This document shows positions 9,352 to 18,288 of a stretch of DNA of 64,000 bases, one piece after another (position 1 is the stretch's first letter; each line of letters starts with the position of its first letter). The notes under the pieces were generated by a model. It ran no database searches. It saw only the letters and a list, made by a program, of their open reading frames with translations, and had not been told where the DNA came from. The DNA comes from Spirochaetia bacterium. Lineage in GTDB: Bacteria; Spirochaetota; Spirochaetia; SZUA-6; Bin103. The stretch lies in assembly GCA_965198005.1 (NCBI GenBank), contig CBDAOI010000002.1, positions 768,001 through 832,000 of the forward strand. Reading direction: 5' to 3'. The position numbers and the translations under genes are program-made.

Positions 9352-11205
9352 CTAGTGTCCCATTGCTTCCTTCAGCTTCTGGTCAATCCAAAGGTGTATG
9401 AGGACGTCACGTACGCCCGATTCTTCGAGCATCCATTCACCGTTAAAACCTTGGACCCACGGCTGGGTCACCTGATAAACTGGAGCCATAGGACCCCATA
9501 TCTGATTGTGCTGCTTTAACAGGAACAAATCATACTCTCTGAATGCCGTCAGCTGCTCCTCTTTGGTGTTAGCGGCGATAAAGGCATCATACGCGGCGGT
9601 CAACTCAGGGGTCTTCTTACCGCCCGTGTTGTTTCCGCCCTGGTATTCGCGCAGGGATGTTAAGGCCGTGGTATAAAAGCCCATCCACACGGTTGGGGCA
9701 CTATAAAAGCCACTGTCGCCAGTGCTCATCTCATAAGTAATGTCTCCCTCATCTCCATCAGACCCTCCTCTGTTACCCCACCACGTCAAACCTGGTACTA
9801 CATTAATCTCTACATCAATGCCAATATCAGCCCAGTATCCGGCAGCTATTTCTACATAGCCTAAATCCATGATGTCGCGGTGGTCAAAGGTGAGCTTGAA
9901 TCGAACGCCGCCCGCGCCTCGCAGATATCCAGCCTCGTCAAGCAGCTTCTCAGCACCTTCCGGGTCATACCTGTAGTATTGCTTGAGATCTTCGGGCCAC
10001 TCTTCAAATGGGAAGAGATACGGCTTGACGGCAAGTCCCCCCATAGGTTCCCACATCGAATAGCCGCCATAGTAGGTATCGTTAATCGTCTCGAGGTCCA
10101 GTGCCATCTGCAGTGCGTGGCGCACCCTGATGTCGTCCAAGGCCGACTTACGAGTGTTCAGAGTAACGGTTGTAAACGACCGCTGGTAATAACTGCTCAC
10201 CTGGATTTCGGGGTTGATCTTCTGGAGGCTCCTTAGCACGTCGAGGGATTTTATATCAGCGCCACCGCCGGCTTGATGTATTACGTCCACCACACCCGTG
10301 CGTAGTGCCGATATACGTGTTGCTTCTTCTGTCATCCAAAGAGCCCTTATCCGATCAACGTAGGGCAAGCGGTTCTCCGGGTATTTTGGGTCGTAGCCCC
10401 AATAGTCAGGATTCTTGTCCCAAGTGAGAGAGACGCCTTCGACGTGGTCTTTCAGGACAAGGGGCCCCGTGCCGACCACGTTCCTCCAATCCTCATAGTT
10501 GCCGTATTTCTCGACTACCTCGGGGGGTAATATAAACTGCATTCCTTCGATGAGGATAAGCCTTAGCGCTATGAGGGATGGCTGCGTCAGCTTCATAACA
10601 ACCGTATATTTGTCGGCGGCCTCTATCGATTCCCACGGCAGCTGGATCACCCCGTAAGAGGCGCCGGGTTGTTCGGTGAAGTCGCCCAGAACGTTATTAC
10701 GCTGATAGGTATATACGACATCATCGGCTGTGAGTTCCCGCCCATTTACCAAGCGGCTGGCCTCACTGTCTTGATCAAGGGCGTAGTTAACGCCCTGACG
10801 GATGTGGAAGATGTAAGTCAGTGGGTCGGGAGTTTCCCAGCTTTCAGCCAGAGCCCCTGTTATGACAAAATCAGGAGGGTAAGAGTCTCTAAAGTCATAT
10901 ACCTCCCTATCTATTCCCCAGTCCCCCCAGCCGAGATGCTCATTAACACTGCCGATTTGGTGTGCAGCCTCACCGCCCCTTGCGAACGGGTCCGTATTTT
11001 CCCCTATTATTGTGTGAGGATAGGTTATTGTCCCGCCGTACTCCGGTGCGGTCACCACCTTGCCGGTGGTGGGGTCGGTCACATACTTCTTGTCGGCGGC
11101 GGCTGTCGGCTCGGTGTCTGTGCCACCGCCGGCCCAGAGGCCGGTTGCGGTCAGAGCCAGGACCAACGCAACCGCGCAGGTCATTCTCAATATGATTTTC
11201 ATCAT
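9352..11205 (-). CDS. ABC transporter substrate-binding protein, family 5 (DppA/OppA-like)
   Basis: Signal peptide; LAESWE..DPLTYIFHIRQGV, LTADDVVYT, VGTGP, DIRVR.AL..A.D, YDPE.A.KLL.EAG. Confidence 0.95.
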   Translation of the reverse strand: MMKIILRMTCAVALVLALTATGLWAGGGTDTEPTAAADKKYVTDPTTGKVVTAPEYGGTITYPHTIIGENTDPFARGGEAAHQIGSVNEHLGWGDWGIDREVYDFRDSYPPDFVITGALAESWETPDPLTYIFHIRQGVNYALDQDSEASRLVNGRELTADDVVYTYQRNNVLGDFTEQPGASYGVIQLPWESIEAADKYTVVMKLTQPSLIALRLILIEGMQFILPPEVVEKYGNYEDWRNVVGTGPLVLKDHVEGVSLTWDKNPDYWGYDPKYPENRLPYVDRIRALWMTEEATRISALRTGVVDVIHQAGGGADIKSLDVLRSLQKINPEIQVSSYYQRSFTTVTLNTRKSALDDIRVRHALQMALDLETINDTYYGGYSMWEPMGGLAVKPYLFPFEEWPEDLKQYYRYDPEGAEKLLDEAGYLRGAGGVRFKLTFDHRDIMDLGYVEIAAGYWADIGIDVEINVVPGLTWWGNRGGSDGDEGDITYEMSTGDSGFYSAPTVWMGFYTTALTSLREYQGGNNTGGKKTPELTAAYDAFIAANTKEEQLTAFREYDLFLLKQHNQIWGPMAPVYQVTQPWVQGFNGEWMLEESGVRDVLIHLWIDQKLKEAMGH

Positions 11206-11229
11206 CGTTAGTATCCTTGCTTGGATTTT

Positions 11230-11400
11230 GAGAGTATTGCGGAGCGACTTGCCGCTCCCTGGTTACTCTCGCGCCCGCAACGCGGACGGCCAGTCTGAGT
11301 CGAATTCACTAAGAGCGCGCGGCGTGTGACTCGGCGGGTTCACCCCGGCTCACGCCGCGCGCGCGTGCGGTTCTTTGAGTGTCATTCGAACCTCCTTCTT
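11230..11400 (-). promoter_or_regulatory. Structured 5-prime leader of the SBP gene with an 11-codon uORF (11385-11350, MTLKEPHARAA)
   Basis: AAGAAGGAGG precedes ATG 11385. Perfect 12-bp IR at 11315-11326/11351-11362 overlaps the uORF end. A second nested hairpin lies at 11230-11270. Confidence 0.55.
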
Positions 11401-11435
11401 CTCTAGATCTACGTCGGGATCTGCGTTACGACGGC

Positions 11436-11641
11436 CAGCAATTCTCGGCGAGCGGCTGTCAGGGGAACAGAGTGTCATAAGCGTTGACGTGTTATAGGTC
11501 ACTCAAGCCCTCCGCAGGTGAGGCACAGCTATACCCAGACCCAGATGTAGTCGCGATGTCGCGATTGACTGCATCCACCCTATAATAACCTCCGCGCCCA
11601 TGGATGCCAACCACGAATCGCCCCAGCAATTCTCGGTGAAC
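11436..11641 (+). repeat. Two direct copies of the ISNCY-end-like motif CAGCAATTCTCGG(C/T)GA(G/A)C
   Basis: 11436-11453 and 11624-11641; both resemble the reverse complement of 5930-5947 (3 and 1 mismatches). Confidence 0.75.
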
Positions 11642-11664
11642 GGCAGTCGATGGCCTGAAGAGAC

Positions 11665-11693
11665 AGTCTGGAGGGGGCCCCACCATTTGTCAA
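11665..11693 (-). promoter_or_regulatory. Candidate sigma70 promoter for the peptide ABC operon
   Basis: TTGACA (11693-11688), 17 nt, CAGACT (11670-11665). Confidence 0.4.
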
Positions 11694-12079
11694 CCCCCGC
11701 CGCGAAAGGATTCCGGGAGGGGGGGGGGTACAGGGGGGGGCCGGCTGTGTTGCCGCCAACCGGTAGCAACTGGACCGTGTCGTTAAGCATCATGCGCATC
11801 CGTTCGAGTCCCGTACCGGCGCAAGCATGGCACCGGCGCGGCCACGTGTCAACCACGTTTCAACATTCGACGACAATCGACAATCGGACCCGCTCCGAAC
11901 CCATCAATGCACGTGCGGCGCCACCCTCGGCGGCCCTCTCACCCTCGCGCCGGGTCGATGCCCGACCGGCGCAGGAGCGCCGCCAGCCGTTCGGCGCGTC
12001 GGCGTTCCTCACTCAGCAGATGTTCCGCGTGGTCGGCGCGGTGGCGTTCCTGATCCGCGCGGTAGCGTTGTTCCCTGCC

Positions 12080-12454
12080 CGTCGGAATCAACGGCCACCA
12101 GAATCAGGATCACTACGGCAATGCCGCTGGCCGTGCCGAGCGGCTTCTCCCTGACCAGCCGGGTCAAGAACCGCGTGCGCCCGCTGCGTTGACTGCTTTG
12201 ACCCACCACTGTTTGACCCTCTACTGGTAGCGGATCCGGGGATCCAGGACCGCATAGACCAAGTCTATCATCAGGTTGATCCCCATCACCGCGCTGCCGA
12301 ACACCAGGTTGATGCCGGCGACCACCGGGAAGTCTCGGTCGTTGAGAGCCACCAGCATCAGACGACCCAACCCGGGCAGGTTGAAGATGTTCTCGATGAT
12401 GACGGCGCCACCCACCAGGATGGGCAACTGCAGCCCGATCGTGAAGCTGTGCAA
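12080..12454 (-). pseudogene. dppB C-terminus (12454-12221) plus dppC N-terminus (about 12209-12080) remnant
   Basis: IGLQLPILVGGAVIIENIFNLPGLG...LDPRIRYQ*, then RLVREKPLGTASGIAVVILILVAV. Confidence 0.85.
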
Positions 12455-12639
12455 GTAGCGCGTGCGAATCGCTGATCACTCCGACCCCCTCGGGCTCGTA
12501 CGCGGGCGTCGCGGGCGTACCCGGCGATTCCACTCCCCCGGCAGGACATGGTACAGTTGCCGCCATGCGGATTACCGCCATCACCTGCACGCCGCTCACC
12601 ATCGGCAAGAGCCTGCTGCGGGTGGCGACCGTGCCAGCG

Positions 12640-12776
12640 TCATGAGCGGCAAGGACTTCGAGATCAGGGAGTACCCCCTGGAGCGAGTCGCGAAGGGGTT
12701 CGACGCCCTGGACAGCGGCTATCGACTGGACGGGAGAGACGCGATCAAGATCGCGATCCAGCCGAACGGCGGCTGA
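12640..12776 (+). pseudogene. C-terminal fragment of a Zn-dependent alcohol dehydrogenase-like protein
   Basis: EYPLERVAKGFDAL...AIKIAIQP*, a typical MDR C-terminus. No N-terminal part. Confidence 0.5.
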
Positions 12777-12805
12777 TCCCGACGCCAACCAGCGAACAGC
12801 CAGGC

Positions 12806-13672
12806 ATGGCGCCGCTCGCGGCAGTCTATCGCCCCGCCGGACTGGGGCTGTCATTCGAGTTGTTCCCGCCCAAGACCGCGGACGGCGAGGCGGCCCTGTA
12901 CCGTCACGTCGCCAAGTTGATGCAACTCGCGCCCGACTTCATCACCTGCACCTACGGCGCCGGCGGTTCGACGCGGGACAAGACGCTGGACGTGGTAGCG
13001 CAGGTCAAACAGCGGTTCGCCATCCCGGTCGCCTCACACCTCACCTGCGTCGGCGCCACCGTCGAGCAGCTCTGCGCCTATCTGACCGAGGCCGACCGGC
13101 ACGGCACCGACTACATCGTCGCCCTGCGCGGCGATCCGCCGCGCGGCCAGAGCGAGGTCACACCCACCGCCGGCGGCCTGGCCTACGGCAACGAGCTGGT
13201 GGCGCTGATCCACCAGCGGTTTCCCCGCTTCGGGATCGCGGTCGCCGGCTATCCCGAAACCCACCAGGAGGCGACCAGCCCCGCGGCCGACCTGGCCTAC
13301 CTCAAGCAGAAGGTCGAGGCGGGGGCGGACGTGGTAATCACCCAGCTGTTCTACGACAACGACGATTTCTTCGCCTTCCGCGACCGCTACCAGCGGAGTG
13401 GGATCGAGGTACCCCTGGTGCCCGGCATCATGCCGATCACCAATCTGAAACAGGTCGAGCGGATCGCCTCACTGTGCGGGGCGCGGCTGCCGGATCCCCT
13501 CACCACCAGGCTCGCCGAGCGCGACGATCCCGAGTGGTACTTCCAGGTGGGGGTGGAGTTTGCCACCCGCCAGGTGCAAGAGCTGATCGCCGGCGGCGTG
13601 CCCGGCCTGCACTTCTACGTGCTCAACCAGTCACGCGCCACCAGCGCGATTCTGCACGACGTCACGCGCTAG
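12806..13672 (+). CDS. metF: 5,10-methylenetetrahydrofolate reductase
   Basis: SFELFPPKT, TYGAGGSTR, SHLTCVG, ALRGDPP, VAGYPETH, ITQLFYD, GLHFYVLN. Confidence 0.95.
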   Translation: MAPLAAVYRPAGLGLSFELFPPKTADGEAALYRHVAKLMQLAPDFITCTYGAGGSTRDKTLDVVAQVKQRFAIPVASHLTCVGATVEQLCAYLTEADRHGTDYIVALRGDPPRGQSEVTPTAGGLAYGNELVALIHQRFPRFGIAVAGYPETHQEATSPAADLAYLKQKVEAGADVVITQLFYDNDDFFAFRDRYQRSGIEVPLVPGIMPITNLKQVERIASLCGARLPDPLTTRLAERDDPEWYFQVGVEFATRQVQELIAGGVPGLHFYVLNQSRATSAILHDVTR

Positions 13673-13696
13673 CAGGTAGGTTGTATATTGAGCCAC

Positions 13697-15673
13697 ATGT
13701 ACCATCGGGGCGGCGGCGGCTTCGGCTTCATGCTCCACCACGGCGACGAGAACGCCCGGCCGCAGGTCAGCCGCGCGCTGCTGCTGCGGGTGTTGGGATA
13801 CGCCCGGCCGCACGTTGGCGGGCTCCTGCTGCTGTTGAGTGCCATCCTCGCCACCATCGGCCTCGGCCTGCTCACCCCACTGATCTTCCGCGACCTGATC
13901 GACCATACCTTGCCGGCCGGCGACGTGGTACGGCTCAACCTGCTGGCGGTGGCACTGGTCGCGATTCCGGTGGTGAGCGCGGTGCTGCGCATCTGGCAGC
14001 GCAAGCTGGACGCCACCATCGGCACCGGGATCATTCTCGACCTGCGCACCGGGCTCTACGCGCACCTGCAGCGCCTGTCGTTGCGGTTCTACACCGACAA
14101 CAAGGCGGGCGAGCTGATGAGCCGGCTCAACACCGACGTGATCGGCGCCCAGAACGCGGTGACCAACACCATGGTGGACGTCACCACCAACCTGATCTCG
14201 GTGTCGGCGACGCTGGCGGTGATGCTGGCGCTGGAGTGGCGGCTCACGGTGTTGGGGTTGCTCGTGCTGCCCCTGTTCATCCTGCTCGGGCGGCGCTATG
14301 GGAACACCCTGCGGACGGTCTCGCGCGAGCTGATGGAGCGCAACGCACGGCTGCATGCGATCATGAACGAGACCCTGAACATCAGCGGTCTGCTGCTGGT
14401 CAAGCTGTTCGGGCGGCGCCCGGAGGAGCAACGGCGATTCCGGGAGCAGGCGGAGGCGATGCGCGAGAGCGCCGTGCGCCAGTCGGTGGTGGGCAGCCGT
14501 TTCTTCATTCTGATGGGCGTGGGCACGGCGGTCGGGACGGCCGCGATCTACCTGCTGGGCGGCCATCTGGTGATCCGCGGTGGCCTGACGATCGGGACGG
14601 TGGTCGCCTTTGCCAGTTACCTCACGCAGCTCTACGGACCGCTGCGCTCGCTCACCAACGTGCCGGTGATCGTGGCCCAGTCGCTGGTCAGTTTCGAGCG
14701 GGTGTTCGAGGTGCTCGATCTGCCGGTCGACATCGAGCAGGCGCCGGACGCCATCCGCCTCGGGCGGGCCGCGGGACGGCTCGAGCTGCGCGACGTCAGC
14801 TTCCGCTACGAACGCAACGAGCGGCTGTTGTTGAGTGAATCCAAGCGCGCGACGCGCCGCGAGGACGTTTCGTTTATCTCGGGGCAACGCACCAACGGGG
14901 CCGCGCCGCACCGGCGCAATGGCGGGACGGCGACCGATCCGGCATCGCACGCGCCGGCGGCCCACCAAGCGCGCGAGTGGGCGTTGGATCGGGTCAGCTT
15001 CACCGTCGAGCCGGGGCAGACCGTGGCCGTGGTCGGTCCGAGCGGCGCCGGCAAGACCACCCTCGCCTATCTCTTGCCGCGCCTGTACGACCCCACCCGC
15101 GGCCAGATTCTGCTCGACGGCCACGACACGCGGTCGCTCACCCTGGAGTCGCTGACCGCCCAGCTCGGGATGGTGACCCAGGAGCCCTACCTGTTCCACG
15201 ATTCGATACGGGCCAACCTGGTGTACGCGGACCCCGGCGCCGACGACGCGCGCATCACCGCCGCCTGCCGTGCCGCCAACATCCACGACTTCATCGCCGC
15301 GCTGCCCGCCGGCTACGACACGGTGGTGGGCGAACGCGGCTACCGGCTGAGCGGCGGTGAGAAGCAGCGCATCGCGATCGCCCGCGTCATCCTCAAGGAC
15401 CCGCGTCTCCTGATCCTGGACGAGGCGACCAGCCACCTCGACACCCACTCGGAGGCGTTGATTCAGGAGGCGCTGACCCGAGTCATCGCCAACCGCACGG
15501 CGATCGTGATCGCCCATCGTCTGAGCACCATTCTCGCCGCCGATCAGATTCTGGTGTTCGACTGCGGCCGCATCGTGGAACAAGGCACCCACGCCCACCT
15601 GATCGCCGCCGACGGCCTCTACCATCGCCTGTATCAGCTGCGCGACCGGGAACGCGATGCCGTGCGGCAGTGA
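13697..15673 (+). CDS. ABC exporter, fused permease and ATPase
   Basis: N-terminal TM domain; Walker A GPSGAGKTT, signature LSGGEKQR, Walker B LILDEATS, IAHRLST. Confidence 0.95.
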   Translation: MYHRGGGGFGFMLHHGDENARPQVSRALLLRVLGYARPHVGGLLLLLSAILATIGLGLLTPLIFRDLIDHTLPAGDVVRLNLLAVALVAIPVVSAVLRIWQRKLDATIGTGIILDLRTGLYAHLQRLSLRFYTDNKAGELMSRLNTDVIGAQNAVTNTMVDVTTNLISVSATLAVMLALEWRLTVLGLLVLPLFILLGRRYGNTLRTVSRELMERNARLHAIMNETLNISGLLLVKLFGRRPEEQRRFREQAEAMRESAVRQSVVGSRFFILMGVGTAVGTAAIYLLGGHLVIRGGLTIGTVVAFASYLTQLYGPLRSLTNVPVIVAQSLVSFERVFEVLDLPVDIEQAPDAIRLGRAAGRLELRDVSFRYERNERLLLSESKRATRREDVSFISGQRTNGAAPHRRNGGTATDPASHAPAAHQAREWALDRVSFTVEPGQTVAVVGPSGAGKTTLAYLLPRLYDPTRGQILLDGHDTRSLTLESLTAQLGMVTQEPYLFHDSIRANLVYADPGADDARITAACRAANIHDFIAALPAGYDTVVGERGYRLSGGEKQRIAIARVILKDPRLLILDEATSHLDTHSEALIQEALTRVIANRTAIVIAHRLSTILAADQILVFDCGRIVEQGTHAHLIAADGLYHRLYQLRDRERDAVRQ

Positions 15674-15712
15674 CCGCAGCGGATCGCTGTTTTCAAGAAC
15701 GGCGAATCTACG

Positions 15713-15860
15713 CTAGCGCCCGGCCGCCCCCCGCAGCCGCGGGTCGAGCAGGTCGCGCACCGCGTCGCCGAACATGTTCAGACTGTAGACGACGATCGTC
15801 AGGCAGAGGCCGGGCCACAGAGCCAGCCGCGGCGCCATCTCCATGTACTGGCGCGAGCCG
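15713..15860 (-). pseudogene. dppC C-terminal shard
   Basis: RQYMEMAPRLALWPGLCLTIVVYSLNMFGDAVRDLLDPRLRG. Confidence 0.85.
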
Positions 15861-16029
15861 CACCGAGCCGCGCCCAGCCGTGCCCAGCACATGGTGTCCA
15901 TCCCGAAGTGGCACCGCAGGTACAGACGCGAACGGAGTCACGGTCCTGCGTGCGGTGCGTGTCCATCGGTCCGAGCCGACAACGTGTTTGGAACCCGTCG
16001 GGCGACAGGGTAAGATGAAGCGTGGCGCA

Positions 16030-16945
16030 TCCGCCTGCAGCGGTTGCTTGCGGCCCACGATTGCGCGGGCCTGAAGGAGTTCCGGCCTATCTGCACCAAC
16101 GAGTGGGACATGGAAGTACGCGAAGCGTTCGGCTACCTGATCAGGTCGCTCCGGTGCCGAGTACGACAAGCGAACAACGACATCGCGCGGTACGATCAAG
16201 GCGCGCGACGCGCACGTGGGCTTCTACCGAAGCGTGTTCCTGGACGCCTCGGGGATCTTCGACCGGCACGGTGTTTGCGCCGGAGCTTGCAGGGCTAGGT
16301 GCGCGAGTGGTACAACTACCGTGGCGCGGCGCGGAGCAGGTGTACAACCCGTACACGGTGCTGCTGCTGGACAGCTCGCGGCGCACTGGTTCGAGACCGG
16401 GACGCCGGCGTTTCTGGTGGACACGCTGTTCGAGCGCCGGGTGGCGTCGGTGGCGCTGGACCGGATGGTGGGCACGGCGGAGTTGCTGCGGCGCCTGGGC
16501 AAGATCGGGAGGCGCTGCTGTTCCAGACCGGCTTCTGAACGATCACGGCATTCCGTACGAGTGGTACACGAACAACGACATCGCGCGGTACGAGGGCTTC
16601 TACGCGAGCGTGTTCTACTCCTACTTTGCGGCGCTGGGGTACGAACTCACGGTGGAGGAGTCGAGCAGCCACGGGCGGCTGGTGGCGGTGCGGGCCGGCG
16701 GGCACGTGTACCTGTTCGAGTTCAAGGTGGTGGAGATGGCGCCGCCGGGGTCGGCGCTGGCGCAGTTGCGGGAGCGGGACTACGCGGCGAAGTACCGGGG
16801 GCGGGGGGAGCCGATCCCGATGGGAGGCAACCGACCCCGCTCGGAGGCAGCCGGTCTCGGCGAGGGGCAACCGATCCACCTGGTCGGGGTGGAGTTCAGC
16901 CGCGAGACGCGCAACCTGACGGCGTTCGAGGTGGCGGACGGCTGA
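16030..16945 (+). pseudogene. Scrambled remnant of an AAA-ATPase / PD-(D/E)XK nuclease (PDDEXK_9-type) gene
   Basis: Shards REWYNY, VYNPY, HWFETGTPAFLVD, ALLFQTG in shifting frames. C-terminus IPYEWYTNNDIARYEGFYASVFY...YLFEFK...YAAKY...LVGVEFS. Confidence 0.85.
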
Positions 16946-17002
16946 GGGCGGGCTCGCCGTCCTCGTCCCAGCGTGCCCTATCGGTCGTCGCGGTGGCCGG
17001 TC

Positions 17003-18112
17003 TCAGATGCCGAGATCGTCCAGCTCGTAGTCGCTCAGGACCGTGGCGCGGGCGGCTTCGTTCCAGCGGTATGCCTGGTTGTCCGCGGCGAGCGGCTGGT
17101 AGCGGTACGGGGTCTCGTGCGGGAACCGTTGCCGGCGGGCGTCGATGGCGAGGGCGATGATCCGGGCGCGCCGCCGAATGCGGTCGTCGTCGTACGGTTC
17201 CGGCGCCTCACCCAGTACTCCCGCAACGCTGCGGCGGCGGTGAAAGCCGAAGGTCAGCGATACCCGCCGGTTGGGAGACTGATTGGCATACGCACCGTGC
17301 AGAATCTGGCGGTTGACGATGGCCACGTCACCCGGATTGCACACCATCGGCACGGCGTCGGGGAGACGGTCCGAACCGCCGTTGGCGGCGACGCGCGCCT
17401 TGATGTCGATCTTGCCCAGGCAGTGCGAGCCGGACACCAGCCACAGCGCATTGGCGGGCGTGGTCGGGAAGAGCTGCGCCATGAAGTTGAACCCGTGGGT
17501 GCCGGCGTCCAGCTCCGGGTTGTTCCAATGGGTCGTGCCGTCCTGATGCCAGGCGGTCGACGGTCCCAGCCCCGGCTCCTTGATCCAGAGCGCCTCCCGG
17601 AACGGCACGAAGTCGCGGCCGTTGATCTGCTCGGCCACGGCCAGCAGTTGCGCGTGGCCGTACAGGCGCAGAAAGCTGTCCATCAACTGCAGCGGTCCGC
17701 CGACGTTCACCAGCACCTCCGCCGGGGCGTCGTCCGGCGCCGCGTACTCGGCCATCTTCGCCTCGTAGCGGCCGCGCGCCGCCGCGGTGCCGCCGAACGG
17801 ATCGCTCAGCGGCTTGGCGAACGTAAAGCGCGAGCTCGGGGCCGGCCCCGAGCCGAGTGCCGGCCGTCCCGCGGCGGCGTCGGTCACGGCCGCGCTGGAG
17901 GCCGGCGCCCGTTCCAGCATCCGCTCGAAGTCCGCCACCAGATCCGCCACCTCGGCCGGCGAGAGCATCCCTTCGAAGATGTAGAACCCGGTACGCCAAT
18001 AGGCGTCCGTGATCTCGGTCCGCACCGCGCCGTCCGCCGTGAACGCGAGCGGCCCGCGGTTGCCCAACGCCGCCGCGCGCCGGGTCCCGTCCGTCAGGTA
18101 CGTATCAGCCAT
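17003..18112 (-). CDS. Phytanoyl-CoA dioxygenase (PhyH) family protein
   Basis: YWRTGFYIFE, TAWHQDG, LWLVSGSH, PGDVAI....LHGA..N.S..RR. Confidence 0.9.
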   Translation of the reverse strand: MADTYLTDGTRRAAALGNRGPLAFTADGAVRTEITDAYWRTGFYIFEGMLSPAEVADLVADFERMLERAPASSAAVTDAAAGRPALGSGPAPSSRFTFAKPLSDPFGGTAAARGRYEAKMAEYAAPDDAPAEVLVNVGGPLQLMDSFLRLYGHAQLLAVAEQINGRDFVPFREALWIKEPGLGPSTAWHQDGTTHWNNPELDAGTHGFNFMAQLFPTTPANALWLVSGSHCLGKIDIKARVAANGGSDRLPDAVPMVCNPGDVAIVNRQILHGAYANQSPNRRVSLTFGFHRRRSVAGVLGEAPEPYDDDRIRRRARIIALAIDARRQRFPHETPYRYQPLAADNQAYRWNEAARATVLSDYELDDLGI

Positions 18113-18288
18113 GGTCCAAGGATACCAGGTCTGGGCCGGCCGGACTACCGACGGCAGGTTGCCTGCCTGCCTCGGTTGCCTCGGGTGGCCTGGGTGGTGC
18201 GCGGCGTCGTGGACGCGCACAATGAAGCGTGGCCGACATCCCGCCGTTGGTATAGGTTGTCACCCGCAGTGGAGACCGCGACCACATA

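Noticed and set aside
11565..11586. TTGACT...TATAAT promoter on the plus strand
   Set aside because: The spacer is only 10 nt, and no intact plus-strand gene follows.
5930..11641. Composite transposon carrying the dpp operon between ISNCY-like ends
   Set aside because: The ends face outward from the operon, and no flanking TSD was seen.
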